Below are positions 1 to 9,464 of a stretch of 35,431 nt of DNA, in pieces. The notes under the pieces were generated by a model, which worked only from the letters and a program-made list of their open reading frames with translations, did no database searches and was not told the DNA's origin. Source of the stretch: Patescibacteria group bacterium. GTDB lineage: Bacteria; Patescibacteriota; Minisyncoccia; UBA6257; MFKM01. The stretch is from the NCBI GenBank assembly GCA_038065115.1, contig JBBTRS010000007.1, forward strand, positions 1-35,431, read 5' to 3'. Each line of letters starts with the position of its first letter. Positions within the stretch are counted from its first letter, which is position 1. A program made the position numbers and the translations under genes.

Positions 1-341
1 AGTTGAGAAATAAAAAAAGTAAAACCCGTAATAAGAAGATCCGGCAAAGCTGCGCCTAAGCTCGCCCAAAATAAAAGGGGCAGATTCGCTTTAAGCCCCC
101 AGCCGTACCAAATTAAAAAACCCAGAGACGCCAAAACATCCGATAAAACCAGAATCCAAACGCGCCTGGACATTTTCCCTGATTTTTGGTCTTCCACCGG
201 CCAAAAAGAACCGGCGTCAAGATGCGGAATAAAATCTAACAAATGGTGAGAGACAAAACCAAACAAAAAAGCGCCGGGCAGGGAAAAACGAACCGCGGAA
301 CTGACGGCGCTGGCGAAAATAATATGGGCGGCGAGAATCAT
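1..341 (-). CDS. Membrane protein, metal-dependent hydrolase-like (3' end outside window)
   Basis: Translated by hand from ATG at 341: MILAAHIIFASAVSS...FGFVSHHLLDFIPHLD. Hydrophobic, with an N-terminal His and an SHxxxDxxPH motif. Not in the ORF track because it is truncated by the window edge. Confidence 0.6.
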   Translation of the reverse strand, partial: MILAAHIIFASAVSSAVRFSLPGAFLFGFVSHHLLDFIPHLDAGSFWPVEDQKSGKMSRRVWILVLSDVLASLGFLIWYGWGLKANLPLLFWASLGAALPDLLITGFTFFISQ

Positions 342-366
342 TAATGCTTTGTTTTGAAAATCAACG

Positions 367-756
367 CTACCGGGAAAGCCGTTCTCTGACTTTTTCCACT
401 ACATCGCTGATGGTCCAGTTTGATTTTACTAAATAATACGAAGGCTCGGTTTCGGTAATTTCTTTATTTATCTTTTCGTTATCTGCGTTTAGATTCGTGA
501 GAATTATAACGGGAACATTCTTTCCCCAAACATTTTCCTGCCGCAATTTTTTGAGCATTGTCATTCCGTCCATTTTAGGCATGACGATATCAAGAAGAAT
601 TATGTGAGGCCGTTCTTTAAAAGCGACTACCAACCCTTCTTCGCCGTCTTTGGCTTTAAGAACCCGAAAACCTTCGCGTGTAAATTTATCCGCCAACGCT
701 TTACGTTCAGACATTTCGTCTTCAATAATAAGTATTTTTTTCTTTGATTCTTCCAT
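367..756 (-). CDS. Single-domain response regulator (CheY-like receiver)
   Basis: ILIIEDE, LLDIVMPKMDG (phospho-Asp), VIILTN and YLVK motifs. Confidence 0.92.
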   Translation of the reverse strand: MEESKKKILIIEDEMSERKALADKFTREGFRVLKAKDGEEGLVVAFKERPHIILLDIVMPKMDGMTMLKKLRQENVWGKNVPVIILTNLNADNEKINKEITETEPSYYLVKSNWTISDVVEKVRERLSR

Positions 757-830
757 GTCTTTGAATTATAACACAAAACAATCTCCGGTGGAATTATTTA
801 ATCCGGAAATCCCGCCGTGAGTTTTATCGC

Positions 831-2609
831 CTATTCTTTCTTCTTTTGATATTTAATCGGAATAGCGAGGTAAAATACAGTGCCCTTGCCCAATTCCGAC
901 TCAAACCACAGATCGTATTGATTATGATTCGCGATTAATTTAGCAAGATACAAGCCCAAACCCGTGCCGTCCTGATCTTTTTCTCTCACATTGTCCGCGC
1001 GAAAAAACTTGGTAAAAATTTTATCGTATTGATCTTTGGGAATGCCGTATCCCGTGTCGGCTACCGTAACGACCAAGCTATTTTCTCCGATTTTCCGGTC
1101 TCCGATATTTTCATCTTTTTTCTTTAAAAATATCTCTGTGTTGATTTTGCCGTCCGCCGGCGTATACTTTACGGCGTTTAAAATAATATTCTGTAAAACG
1201 ATGCGTAAAAGTTTTTGGTCAACGAGCGCCAAAGAAAGGTCGGGTGCGTATGTTTCCTTTACATCAAGCTTTTTGGTTTGTATTGATAATTCAAATTCTT
1301 TGAGAACTTCCCTGACAAGACCGGCAATATCGGTTGGCTTCGGCGTTACCACAAAGACACCAAGCTCAAACCGCGATACATCAAGCAACATATTAATAAG
1401 AACGATCATTCGCTGATTGTTTTGATAAACCTCTTTAAAATATTCCTCCTGCTTTTCATTCAATGGCCCCACTTCTTCCGAAAGCAACATATCCAAAAAC
1501 CATTTTATGCTTGTCGGCAAAGCGCGGAGTTGATGGGAAGCGAGAGAAACGAATTCGCTTTTAATTTGATCAATGTCCTTGTCTTTCGTGATATCGCGAA
1601 AAACATCAATCGCCCCGATGATTTTATTGTTAAGAACCACCGGCGTTACGGTAATCGCGGCCGGAAACCGCGTTTCGTCTTTACGGACATAATAATAGGT
1701 AATAGTGGAAGAAGAGGTGGTAGAAATTTTCTTGCCGGTTGTAAGCGCGATTTGCATTGGCTGGTCAACTGGCGGTATATTTTCCCCTTTTTCGTTTTTA
1801 ACAAAGAAAACCTCGTCGTATCTCTTTCCTATGCATTCATCCGGAGCGATGCCAAGAAGCTCGCCGGCCGCTTTGTTCATTCCGATTATTTTCTCGTCCT
1901 CGTCAATCACGGTGAGGCCATCGCCGATGCTTTCCAAAAAAGCTTCGTCTTTCGCTTTTAATTCTTCTGACTTTGTGATTGAAATAGTGAACCAAGCGCC
2001 CAATCCGACGATTATTACGTTAAATACAAGCAAAATAAACAAAACAACGTTCATTTGCGCCTGTTTTTGATCGTTCATTTTCACATAAGCCTTCACCATC
2101 TCATTGTTTCTCTGGAGCATTGAGGGAGCATTTTCTTCAATAAAGCTTAAAGCGTTGCCTGCCGCAAAATTCGGCGCGCCATCAATCAAGGCAGGTTCGC
2201 TGACAATAATTTCTCCCTGCTTTTTATACTCCAGCCACAGTTCCTCCGCTTTCTGAACGATGGGTTTAATAGCTAAAATTGTCGGTGGCAAAAGCCGGTT
2301 GCCGGCAATTTCCGGAGCAATACCGCCGTCTTTTAGCGCGTAAAAAGAGACATCGTGCAACGCGATAATGCCCTTAAGCGTTTCTCTAACCGCTTCATTG
2401 CCGCGAACCACTCTCTCGGCGTAAAATCCCAGTTGCTGGGAAAGCATTCGGTTTCTTCCGGCGGCGTCAATAATCGCCCCGTCGGTTTTTTGCGCGGCCT
2501 CAAAATAACGGACAATAAAAAAATTGGCAAGCGTCAAAACAAAAAACGAAAAAAAGACAAGCCATAATTTTTTATTGATTGGGATGATTTTCATAATGCT
2601 TTCACTCAA
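831..2609 (-). CDS. Sensor histidine kinase: TM, PilJ/NarX-like sensor, TM, PAS, HisKA, HATPase
   Basis: IDAAGRNRMLSQ (PilJ/NarX P-box-like), a PAS domain, ASHQLR H-box, NAVKYT, DTGYGI and GTGLGL boxes. Confidence 0.92.
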   Translation of the reverse strand: MSESIMKIIPINKKLWLVFFSFFVLTLANFFIVRYFEAAQKTDGAIIDAAGRNRMLSQQLGFYAERVVRGNEAVRETLKGIIALHDVSFYALKDGGIAPEIAGNRLLPPTILAIKPIVQKAEELWLEYKKQGEIIVSEPALIDGAPNFAAGNALSFIEENAPSMLQRNNEMVKAYVKMNDQKQAQMNVVLFILLVFNVIIVGLGAWFTISITKSEELKAKDEAFLESIGDGLTVIDEDEKIIGMNKAAGELLGIAPDECIGKRYDEVFFVKNEKGENIPPVDQPMQIALTTGKKISTTSSSTITYYYVRKDETRFPAAITVTPVVLNNKIIGAIDVFRDITKDKDIDQIKSEFVSLASHQLRALPTSIKWFLDMLLSEEVGPLNEKQEEYFKEVYQNNQRMIVLINMLLDVSRFELGVFVVTPKPTDIAGLVREVLKEFELSIQTKKLDVKETYAPDLSLALVDQKLLRIVLQNIILNAVKYTPADGKINTEIFLKKKDENIGDRKIGENSLVVTVADTGYGIPKDQYDKIFTKFFRADNVREKDQDGTGLGLYLAKLIANHNQYDLWFESELGKGTVFYLAIPIKYQKKKE

Positions 2610-2630
2610 GTCAAAAATTCGTCTTAATCC

Positions 2631-2700
2631 TGGTGGGTGAGGGAGGGATCGAACCTCCGACCCCTGCCTGCCGGCAGGCAGGTCTGTCTTATCAGGACAG
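2631..2700 (-). pseudogene. Duplicated 3' portion of tRNA-Ile(GAT) carrying a 20-bp palindrome in the variable loop
   Basis: Repeats the anticodon arm, T arm and CCA of the adjacent tRNA. CCTGCCTGCCGGCAGGCAGG is inserted at 2663-2682. Confidence 0.8.
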
Positions 2701-2715
2701 TCCCGATTTATATTT

Positions 2716-2790
2716 TGGTGGGCGGCGGAGGGATCGAACCTCCGACCTCTGTCTTATCAGGACAGCGTTCTACCACTGAACTACACACCC
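2716..2790 (-). tRNA. tRNA-Ile(GAT)
   Basis: GGGTGTGTAGTTCAGTGGTAGAACG CTGTC-CTGATAA-GACAG AGGTC GGAGG-TTCGATC-CCTCC GCCGCCC ACCA. The acceptor stem has two mismatches. Confidence 0.85.
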
Positions 2791-2799
2791 GTTTAATTA

Positions 2800-3018
2800 T
2801 TAAGGAATTTTTATCAAATTTAATTTTTTAAATTCTTCTATATTGAAATGGGTTACGGCCGGCGCCTCCAAAACATTGGGGTTTAAAACAATGTTTAGGC
2901 GTTCCACGAGAAAACCCAATAACCACGATACGCTGATAATAAGAACAATTAACATTAAAATCGCGGCTATCAAAAAAATCAATTCTTGATGATATTTTAA
3001 TTGTTTTTCTTTGCCCAT
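2800..3018 (-). CDS. Small single-pass membrane protein, possibly pilus-assembly associated
   Basis: One long hydrophobic helix, directly downstream of the PilO-like gene. Confidence 0.6.
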   Translation of the reverse strand: MGKEKQLKYHQELIFLIAAILMLIVLIISVSWLLGFLVERLNIVLNPNVLEAPAVTHFNIEEFKKLNLIKIP

Positions 3019-3051
3019 ATAAAATGCTTGCTAATTCGCCGTTGCTCTTTA

Positions 3052-3558
3052 CTAATGAAACAAAACATCGCCGTTAATATTAACCGATGAACCGCTAAGA
3101 TCAAAACTTTTAAAACCTATCAAAAAACGGCTATCTTCCATGGCTTTGATAAACTTAAAAATTTTTGACAAAGAACCTCCGGTGGTAATGGCGAACTCAA
3201 TCCGACCCGCCGTGTTAGAACTTGACGGCGTCTCGTTTCCAAAACTAAAACCGAAACCGACGCCTTCCTGGGACGCCAATCTTTCTATTTCTTTAGGAAA
3301 ATCAAAAAGCTGGTCTCTGACCGGAAGCACATTGCCTAAAATACCCTGATAAGAATTAGCTTCCGTAAACTGACTTTGCAACTTCGCGAATAATGACAAT
3401 TCTTCGGAACGATCAACAAACTCCTGGCGTTGTTTTTTTATCGCTTCGGCCCGATTATTGATATCCCGGCTCAAAAAAATCAAACCTCCAACAGGAATCA
3501 AGAGCGTCAACAAAATAATCAATATTTTTTTAATCAAACCTTGCTTAAAATTGACCAT
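3052..3558 (-). CDS. PilO/GspM-like type IV pilus assembly protein
   Basis: N-terminal TM, coiled coil, then LP...IERLA...GV and G-S-L..FI..ME..RF pattern typical of the PilO ferredoxin-like domain. Confidence 0.6.
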   Translation of the reverse strand: MVNFKQGLIKKILIILLTLLIPVGGLIFLSRDINNRAEAIKKQRQEFVDRSEELSLFAKLQSQFTEANSYQGILGNVLPVRDQLFDFPKEIERLASQEGVGFGFSFGNETPSSSNTAGRIEFAITTGGSLSKIFKFIKAMEDSRFLIGFKSFDLSGSSVNINGDVLFH

Positions 3559-3586
3559 TGCTCTTATAATAACAGAATACTAATCA

Positions 3587-4495
3587 TTGGACAAGAAAAA
3601 GCTTATTAAAAAAATCACTCTCAAGGATTCCAGTTATCCTTCTCTTTTAAGAGAAATTCCCGATCCGCCGGCGGTTTTATATATTCTAGGCGACTTACCC
3701 GATGAAAATATCCCTCGTTTAGCCATTGTCGGCACCCGTAAAGCCACCTCCAACGGCTGTTTGATCGCCAAAACTTTAGCCAGAGAATTAAGCGAGGCTG
3801 GATTTATTATCGTCAGTGGCTTGGCGATGGGAATTGACACCGCCGGCCACGAAGGCGTGGTGGCCAGCCAAGGAAAAACTATCGCGGTTTTAGGCAACGG
3901 CTTAAATGAGATTTATCCCCGCCTTAATAAAAATTTAGCGGAAGAAATTTTAAAACTAGACGGAGCGATTATTTCCGAATATCCTCCGGCTGAACCTGCC
4001 TTTCCATCTAATTTTTTGGCCCGAAACCGCATTGTCAGCGGTTTATGTTTGGGCACCATCGTCATAGAGGCCCCGGAACGCTCCGGTTCTTTAGTGACGG
4101 CCAGATTAGCCTTGGAACAAAACCGGGAGGTCTTTATAGTTCCGGGACCGGCTAATCATCCCAATTACGCCGGCTCCCATCAATTAATCCGCGAAGGGGC
4201 GCGCTTAATCGTTTCCGCCAAAGATATTTTGACGGATTTAAATATCAATTCGCCGATTCCCGAAAAAAAATTCAGTCCCGAAGAAAAACTAATTTTGAAA
4301 ATATTTTCAGAAAATAACTCCGACGCCCAAAGGGGTCAAGGCCCCGACCAAAAGCGCCGGGGAAAATCGCTTTCTGTTGACAAAATTATTGAGCTGACTA
4401 AAATGGATTCTCAAACCGTTAACAAGACTATCGCTTTTTTGGTTATTAAAGGCATAATTAAAGAAACCTTGAACCAGTATAATTTAATTGCCTAA
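3587..4495 (+). CDS. dprA: DNA-processing protein DprA
   Basis: YP..L.EI.DPP..LY..G, AIVGTR, IVSGLAMGID, F.ARNRIVSGL and SGSLVTA motifs. Lies upstream of topA. Confidence 0.96.
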   Translation: MDKKKLIKKITLKDSSYPSLLREIPDPPAVLYILGDLPDENIPRLAIVGTRKATSNGCLIAKTLARELSEAGFIIVSGLAMGIDTAGHEGVVASQGKTIAVLGNGLNEIYPRLNKNLAEEILKLDGAIISEYPPAEPAFPSNFLARNRIVSGLCLGTIVIEAPERSGSLVTARLALEQNREVFIVPGPANHPNYAGSHQLIREGARLIVSAKDILTDLNINSPIPEKKFSPEEKLILKIFSENNSDAQRGQGPDQKRRGKSLSVDKIIELTKMDSQTVNKTIAFLVIKGIIKETLNQYNLIA

Positions 4496-4540
4496 TTGCT
4501 GTCATCAAATAATTATTAAAATTTCAATTTAACAACTACT

Positions 4541-6754
4541 ATGATTTTAGTCATCGTTGAATCGCCAAGCAAGGCGAAAACCATTTCCAAATATCTCGGC
4601 AAAAATTACGTGGTAAAGTCGTCAATTGGCCATATCCGCGATTTGCCGAAAAATAATAAAAAAGCGATAGATATCAGCCACGAATTCGCGCCTTATTATG
4701 AAATCATAAAAGGAAAAGAAAGCGTTGTCTCCGAAATTAAAAAAATTGCCGGAACTTCAGACGAAATTATTTTGGCGACCGATCCCGACCGCGAAGGCGA
4801 AGCAATCGCTTGGCATATCAGTCAAGCCTGCGGTTTAGAAATTAAAAATAAAAAATCAAAAACGAAAACCGTAAAACGCGTCGTTTTTCACGAAATCACA
4901 AAAGAAGCGGTGGAAGAGGCAATGCGTCATCCGCGAAAAATTGATGAAAACTTAAGAAAAGCGCAGGAAGCGCGCCGGGTTTTAGACAGGCTTGTCGGCT
5001 ACGACTTAAGCGGTCTTATCTGGAAAAAAGTCCGATACGGCCTTTCAGCCGGCCGTGTCCAATCCCCCGCTCTTCGCATTATCGCGGAACGCGAACGGGA
5101 AATCCGCGCCTTTAAGCCGGAAAATTATTGGACAATAACGGCTGATTTTGTCAGTGACGAAAAAGAAACGCTGTCATTTATTTGTTCCAAGGAACCGCGC
5201 GACCAAAAAGAAACAGATGAAATTCTGGAAAACGGCAAAAAAGAAAAATGGTTTGTAATCGGCATTGAAGAGAAAGAAACAAAACGAACGCCGCTCGCGC
5301 CGTTTGTCACCTCTACCCTGCAACAAACCGCGAGCTCCCGACTGGGATTTTCGCCTTCACAAACAATGTATTTTGCCCAAAGATTATATGAAGCGGGCCA
5401 TATCACTTATATGCGAACCGACAGCGTCAACTTATCGGTTAACGCGATTCAGGAAATATCAAAAAAAATATTAGAAAAACTGGGGAAAGATTATCTGGAA
5501 AATAGAGTCTATAAAACTCAAAGCAAGAATGCCCAGGAAGCGCACGAGGCTATTCGGCCAAGTCATTGTTCCGTGGAATCGGCCGGCGCGACCAAAGAAG
5601 AAAAAAGACTCTATGAATTAATCTGGAAACGAACAATCGCTTCCCAAATGAGCAACGCGAAAATATTGAAAACAAAAATTTCCGCAAACATAAAAAGCAA
5701 AAACATTCCCGACTTTAATTTAACAGGGTCGCGAACGCTCTTTAACGGCTGGCTGGCCATTGACGCGGAAGCGCGCGGAAAAGAAATAGAAGTTCCAAAA
5801 ATCAGCGAAGGCGATCCTTTGAATCTTAAAAAAATTGAAGCCGAAAAAAAAGAAACAACGCCACCGCCAAGATACACCGAAGCCGGATTAGTCAAAGAAT
5901 TAGAAAAACGCGGTATTGGAAGACCGAGCACTTACGCGGCAATCACCAAAACCATCCAAGACCGCGGTTACGTTGAAAAAATTCAAAAAACATTGCATCC
6001 GACTGATACGGGCGAGGTTGTCAGTGAATTTTTGGAAAAAAATTTCGGCAACATCATTGCTGATTCTTTCACGGCCGATATGGAAAACAAGCTTGACGAC
6101 ATCGCTAAGGGCAAAAGAGAATACGCGAAAACACTCGGCGACTTCTACGAGCCTTTCGCGAAGCAGGTTAAAGAAAAAAGCAGCGCTGAAAAAATAACTA
6201 ATTTAGGCGAAGCGGACAAAAATATTACCTGCCCGGAATGTAAAAGCAGTATGATTATCAAGCTTGGCCGCAACGGAAAATTCTTAAGCTGTTCACGATT
6301 CCCCGATTGCGCCGGCGCCCGCACCATTGACGGGAAAGCGATGGAACCGCCAAAAGAAACAGGCGAAATTTGCCCGGCCTGCTTACAGGCAGGCTTAAAC
6401 GAGCAAAACGCCGGCAAGCTTATTGAACGCGAAGGAAAATTCGGAAAATTCATTTCTTGTAACAGATACCCTAAATGCCGCTATATTAAAAAAGACGAAG
6501 CGGCCGAAGAAGCGAAAAGAACTAACGTAGTTTGCCCTCTTTGTAAAAAAGGATTTTTGGCCGAAAAACGGGGCCGGTTTGGAATATTTTACGGTTGTTC
6601 AGACTATCCAAACTGTAAATATATTATAAAATCAAAGCCCACCGGGAATATCTGTCAAAAATGCGGTTCGCTAATGATGGAAGGCACTAAAACAATTCCG
6701 GAACGATGCAGTAATAAAATCTGCCCTAATCACAATCCGCATAAGAAACAATAA
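4541..6754 (+). CDS. topA: DNA topoisomerase I
   Basis: LVIVESPSKAKTI, ATDPDREGE, SAGRVQS, ITYMRTDS (catalytic Tyr) and C-terminal C4 zinc ribbons. Confidence 0.98.
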   Translation: MILVIVESPSKAKTISKYLGKNYVVKSSIGHIRDLPKNNKKAIDISHEFAPYYEIIKGKESVVSEIKKIAGTSDEIILATDPDREGEAIAWHISQACGLEIKNKKSKTKTVKRVVFHEITKEAVEEAMRHPRKIDENLRKAQEARRVLDRLVGYDLSGLIWKKVRYGLSAGRVQSPALRIIAEREREIRAFKPENYWTITADFVSDEKETLSFICSKEPRDQKETDEILENGKKEKWFVIGIEEKETKRTPLAPFVTSTLQQTASSRLGFSPSQTMYFAQRLYEAGHITYMRTDSVNLSVNAIQEISKKILEKLGKDYLENRVYKTQSKNAQEAHEAIRPSHCSVESAGATKEEKRLYELIWKRTIASQMSNAKILKTKISANIKSKNIPDFNLTGSRTLFNGWLAIDAEARGKEIEVPKISEGDPLNLKKIEAEKKETTPPPRYTEAGLVKELEKRGIGRPSTYAAITKTIQDRGYVEKIQKTLHPTDTGEVVSEFLEKNFGNIIADSFTADMENKLDDIAKGKREYAKTLGDFYEPFAKQVKEKSSAEKITNLGEADKNITCPECKSSMIIKLGRNGKFLSCSRFPDCAGARTIDGKAMEPPKETGEICPACLQAGLNEQNAGKLIEREGKFGKFISCNRYPKCRYIKKDEAAEEAKRTNVVCPLCKKGFLAEKRGRFGIFYGCSDYPNCKYIIKSKPTGNICQKCGSLMMEGTKTIPERCSNKICPNHNPHKKQ

Positions 6755-6757
6755 AAA

Positions 6758-6787
6758 AAACCGCTCCAGTAACCACTGGAACGGTTT
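6758..6787. terminator. Intrinsic terminator hairpin between convergent topA and HAD-like gene
   Basis: AAACCGCTCCAGT-AACC-ACTGGAACGGTTT with an A-run on the left, which is a U-tract on the minus strand. Confidence 0.65.
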
Positions 6788-6802
6788 AATAATAACCAAT
6801 TT

Positions 6803-7303
6803 TTAGACAAAAACCGGAAAAAGCTCTTTAAGCAATTCCTTTTTGGTTTGACCATAATAATGAATGGCTCGACACCGGCCATTGCTGTCATTAATGCGCC
6901 GAACTGTTTTTTCCATGTCATCTAAGTAAAAATCGCAAGAATTAGAAACAATTCTCACTTTGTAGTCTTGCCAATTTTCCTCAAAAAGCTCTTTTAATAC
7001 TATGGTTTTTAAATAGTGAATTTTCATTTTTTGAAACCAAATCATTAATTCCTCTCGATGATGCTCCTGCGCAGCCGAAACAAGCGACATTCCGATTTTT
7101 CTTTTGTTCAGTTCTTCCATAAAAGCTAATATTTCCGCGTTGGGCTTACGAATTAAGAAATTGTAAGTTCTTCGCAAAAACCAAAACCTCTGTAAATGCC
7201 AAAAAAGTTTTTCATTTTTCCGATTCAACTCAACCTCTTTCAATCTAAAAGGCAATATCCTTATCACCCCATCCAGGTCAAACCAACACTCTAGCGTCGC
7301 CAT
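6803..7303 (-). CDS. HAD-superfamily hydrolase-like protein
   Basis: FDLDGVI motif I, LVSA motif II, K and YLDD motif IV. Strong SD (AAGGAGGTG) at 7308-7316. Confidence 0.7.
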   Translation of the reverse strand: MATLECWFDLDGVIRILPFRLKEVELNRKNEKLFWHLQRFWFLRRTYNFLIRKPNAEILAFMEELNKRKIGMSLVSAAQEHHREELMIWFQKMKIHYLKTIVLKELFEENWQDYKVRIVSNSCDFYLDDMEKTVRRINDSNGRCRAIHYYGQTKKELLKELFPVFV

Positions 7304-7401
7304 CGTTCACCTCCTTTCCGAAAATGCTTCCTTTTTTTATTTTAAAAGAACTTCAAATTTTATGTTAGATAATAACATAATCTGTAAGTTTTAAAAAGAG
7401 A

Positions 7402-8160
7402 TTAAACGGTCATGATTTGCGGACCGTTTTCCATAATCGCCACCGTATGCTCAAAATGAACGGCCAAACTGCCGTCAGCCGTGGCAAAACTGTCATCGGC
7501 GCGCTGGACAATTTTTCCTTCGCCCAAACAAGCCATCGGTTCAATCGCTAAAACCATGCCTGGTTTTAAAACCAGTCCTTCGCCTTTCCGACCGTAATTG
7601 AGAATCGTCGGATCCTCGTGTAATTCAAAACCGACGCCGTGGCCGGTTAATCCTTTAATGACGGAAAAGCCGTTTTTTTTGATAATTGTTTCGATCGCGA
7701 ATCCTAAATCGCCTAAATGTTTTCCCGGCCAAGCTTCATTAATAGCGGCTTCCAGCGCTTTTTTTACGGCTTCAATTAATTTTTGAGCGGCAGGCGGAAT
7801 TTTGCCGATTCCCAAAGTAATCGCGGCATCGCTAATATATCCCTGATAATCCACCCCTAAATCCATCTTTAACAAATCACCGGAATGTAATTGATACGAA
7901 GAAGGCAGGCCGTGGACTATTTGATCGCCCAGGGAAAGACAAAGCGCCGCCGGAAATGGCCGATAGCCGCTATTCGGCCGATAACCCAAAAAAGCCGGTT
8001 TGGCGCCGGCTTCTTGAAGCAAACGCCTAGCAAGATTATCCAAAAAAAATAAAGAAACGCCCACTCGCGCTTCTTGAGAAACTTTTTCCAAAACTTCCGC
8101 CAAAATTCTTCCTGATGCGGCTATCATTTCAATGTCGCGCTCGGTTTTTAATTTAATCAT
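7402..8160 (-). CDS. map: Methionine aminopeptidase type I
   Basis: VHGLP, D-LG..Y.GY.SD, GHGVG..LHEDP, AIEPM and HFEHT motifs. Start taken as ATG at 8160 (MIKLKT). Confidence 0.96.
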   Translation of the reverse strand: MIKLKTERDIEMIAASGRILAEVLEKVSQEARVGVSLFFLDNLARRLLQEAGAKPAFLGYRPNSGYRPFPAALCLSLGDQIVHGLPSSYQLHSGDLLKMDLGVDYQGYISDAAITLGIGKIPPAAQKLIEAVKKALEAAINEAWPGKHLGDLGFAIETIIKKNGFSVIKGLTGHGVGFELHEDPTILNYGRKGEGLVLKPGMVLAIEPMACLGEGKIVQRADDSFATADGSLAVHFEHTVAIMENGPQIMTV

Positions 8161-8312
8161 TAAATACAGTTTAAATTTAAACAGAAAAATTGGCAAATAT
8201 TTACTTGACAGACTTACAAAAATTTGCTTTCATATAAATGCTATGGCATATGGCTATAACCTGCTTCAAAGGAAGCGGAAATGTAATTTGAAAATTTAAA
8301 AAAGGAGGGAGT

Positions 8313-8630
8313 ATGTCTTGGGTGCTAAGTGACTCAACGCCTAAAAACCTGGTCGTAAAATCATACCCAAGGGGTCTTTATTTTACCGACCGGCCCTGCG
8401 TTCGCTTTGGCAAATACACAATGTCGATGGAAGATTTTCTCTGCGCGGCTCACTATGTGCTAACCAATACCGATTTAGAAAAGAAGGACGGCAAAAATGA
8501 TCCGCGTTTAGATTTTGTCAAAAAAATCAAAAAAATGAAAATCGTTGATGGCTATAACAAAGAACGTGATAAAAACGCTAAACGTCTCTCTCTTAACGGC
8601 TTTTGCTCTATTGGGTATATCGCCAAGTAA
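8313..8630 (+). CDS. Hypothetical protein inserted antisense between adk and map
   Basis: 105-aa ORF with strong SD (AAGGAGGG) and its own terminator. Confidence 0.7.
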   Translation: MSWVLSDSTPKNLVVKSYPRGLYFTDRPCVRFGKYTMSMEDFLCAAHYVLTNTDLEKKDGKNDPRLDFVKKIKKMKIVDGYNKERDKNAKRLSLNGFCSIGYIAK

Positions 8631-8640
8631 TTACAATCAA

Positions 8641-8678
8641 AAAAACCCGGTCAAGTTTTGAACGGGTTTTTCTTTTTT
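8641..8678 (+). terminator. Intrinsic terminator (probably bidirectional)
   Basis: AAAAAACCCGGTCAAG-TT-TTGAACGGGTTTTTCTTTTTT. Confidence 0.65.
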
Positions 8679-8712
8679 CTCGCGATTTCGTTTTAGATGA
8701 ATATTAAGGATT

Positions 8713-8748
8713 TTTTGAATTACGAAACAGGCGTTTCGTAATTCAAAA
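8713..8748. repeat. Perfect 16-bp inverted repeat with 4-nt loop just after the adk stop
   Basis: TTTTGAATTACGAAAC-AGGC-GTTTCGTAATTCAAAA. Confidence 0.8.
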
Positions 8749-8759
8749 TAAATCAATTT

Positions 8760-9440
8760 CTATTTTATTTTCTTTATAATCTCCTGGTAAACCTTATAAG
8801 GGGCCGGTTCGCCGTCTAAAGAAAATATTTTATAACCCTCTTTTTTTAATTGATAAAAAATCGGCTGGGTTCGTTTCTGGTATTCCGCCAAACGAGTTTC
8901 AAAGACTTTGGGATTATCATCAATTCTTTTTTCAAAAGGACCGGCGCACACGGCGCAACAAGCAGTCCTGCCGGTATACAAAAACAAAGACGGTTGGCCG
9001 CAAATCTTGCAAATTTCCCGATGAGAATTTCTTTTTATGGAAGTTTCGGGGCTGACTCTTAATTCAAAAATAGAAATATTTTTCCGGCCATAAAGTTTCC
9101 CCAAAATTTCCATCAAGCCTTTTTGGTTTTTATCGCCAAAAGATTCAAATATCGTTCTCGGCGAGCCGGTAAAAATAATGCCGCAATCCGCCGCCGCGAT
9201 TTTTTTAGCTTCCTTCAAAACTAATTTAAGAACGAATGACGGGGTGTTGAGTTTTCCCGACTGATTTAATAATTTCTCTTTTTGAATTGTTTTGTTTTTT
9301 GAAAATTCGGGATTGTAAAGCAGTTCTCTTAAATGCTGGCCGGTGTCAAAATTAATAAAACCGAAATTTTTAGACAAAAGATTCGCCAGCGTTCCTTTTC
9401 CCGAACCAGGGGGGCCATAAATAATGATAGCTTTTGCCAT
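8760..9440 (-). CDS. adk: Adenylate kinase with zinc-binding LID
   Basis: GPPGSGKGT P-loop, G.PRT, CxxC...CxxC LID and RxDD. Lies after secY. Confidence 0.92.
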   Translation of the reverse strand: MAKAIIIYGPPGSGKGTLANLLSKNFGFINFDTGQHLRELLYNPEFSKNKTIQKEKLLNQSGKLNTPSFVLKLVLKEAKKIAAADCGIIFTGSPRTIFESFGDKNQKGLMEILGKLYGRKNISIFELRVSPETSIKRNSHREICKICGQPSLFLYTGRTACCAVCAGPFEKRIDDNPKVFETRLAEYQKRTQPIFYQLKKEGYKIFSLDGEPAPYKVYQEIIKKIK

Positions 9441-9464
9441 AATTTATAATTTCAGAACAAACCT

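Noticed and set aside
2637-2831. 64-aa ORF, and likewise ORF 26937-27161
   Set aside because: Antisense shadows of tRNA genes and their duplicated halves.
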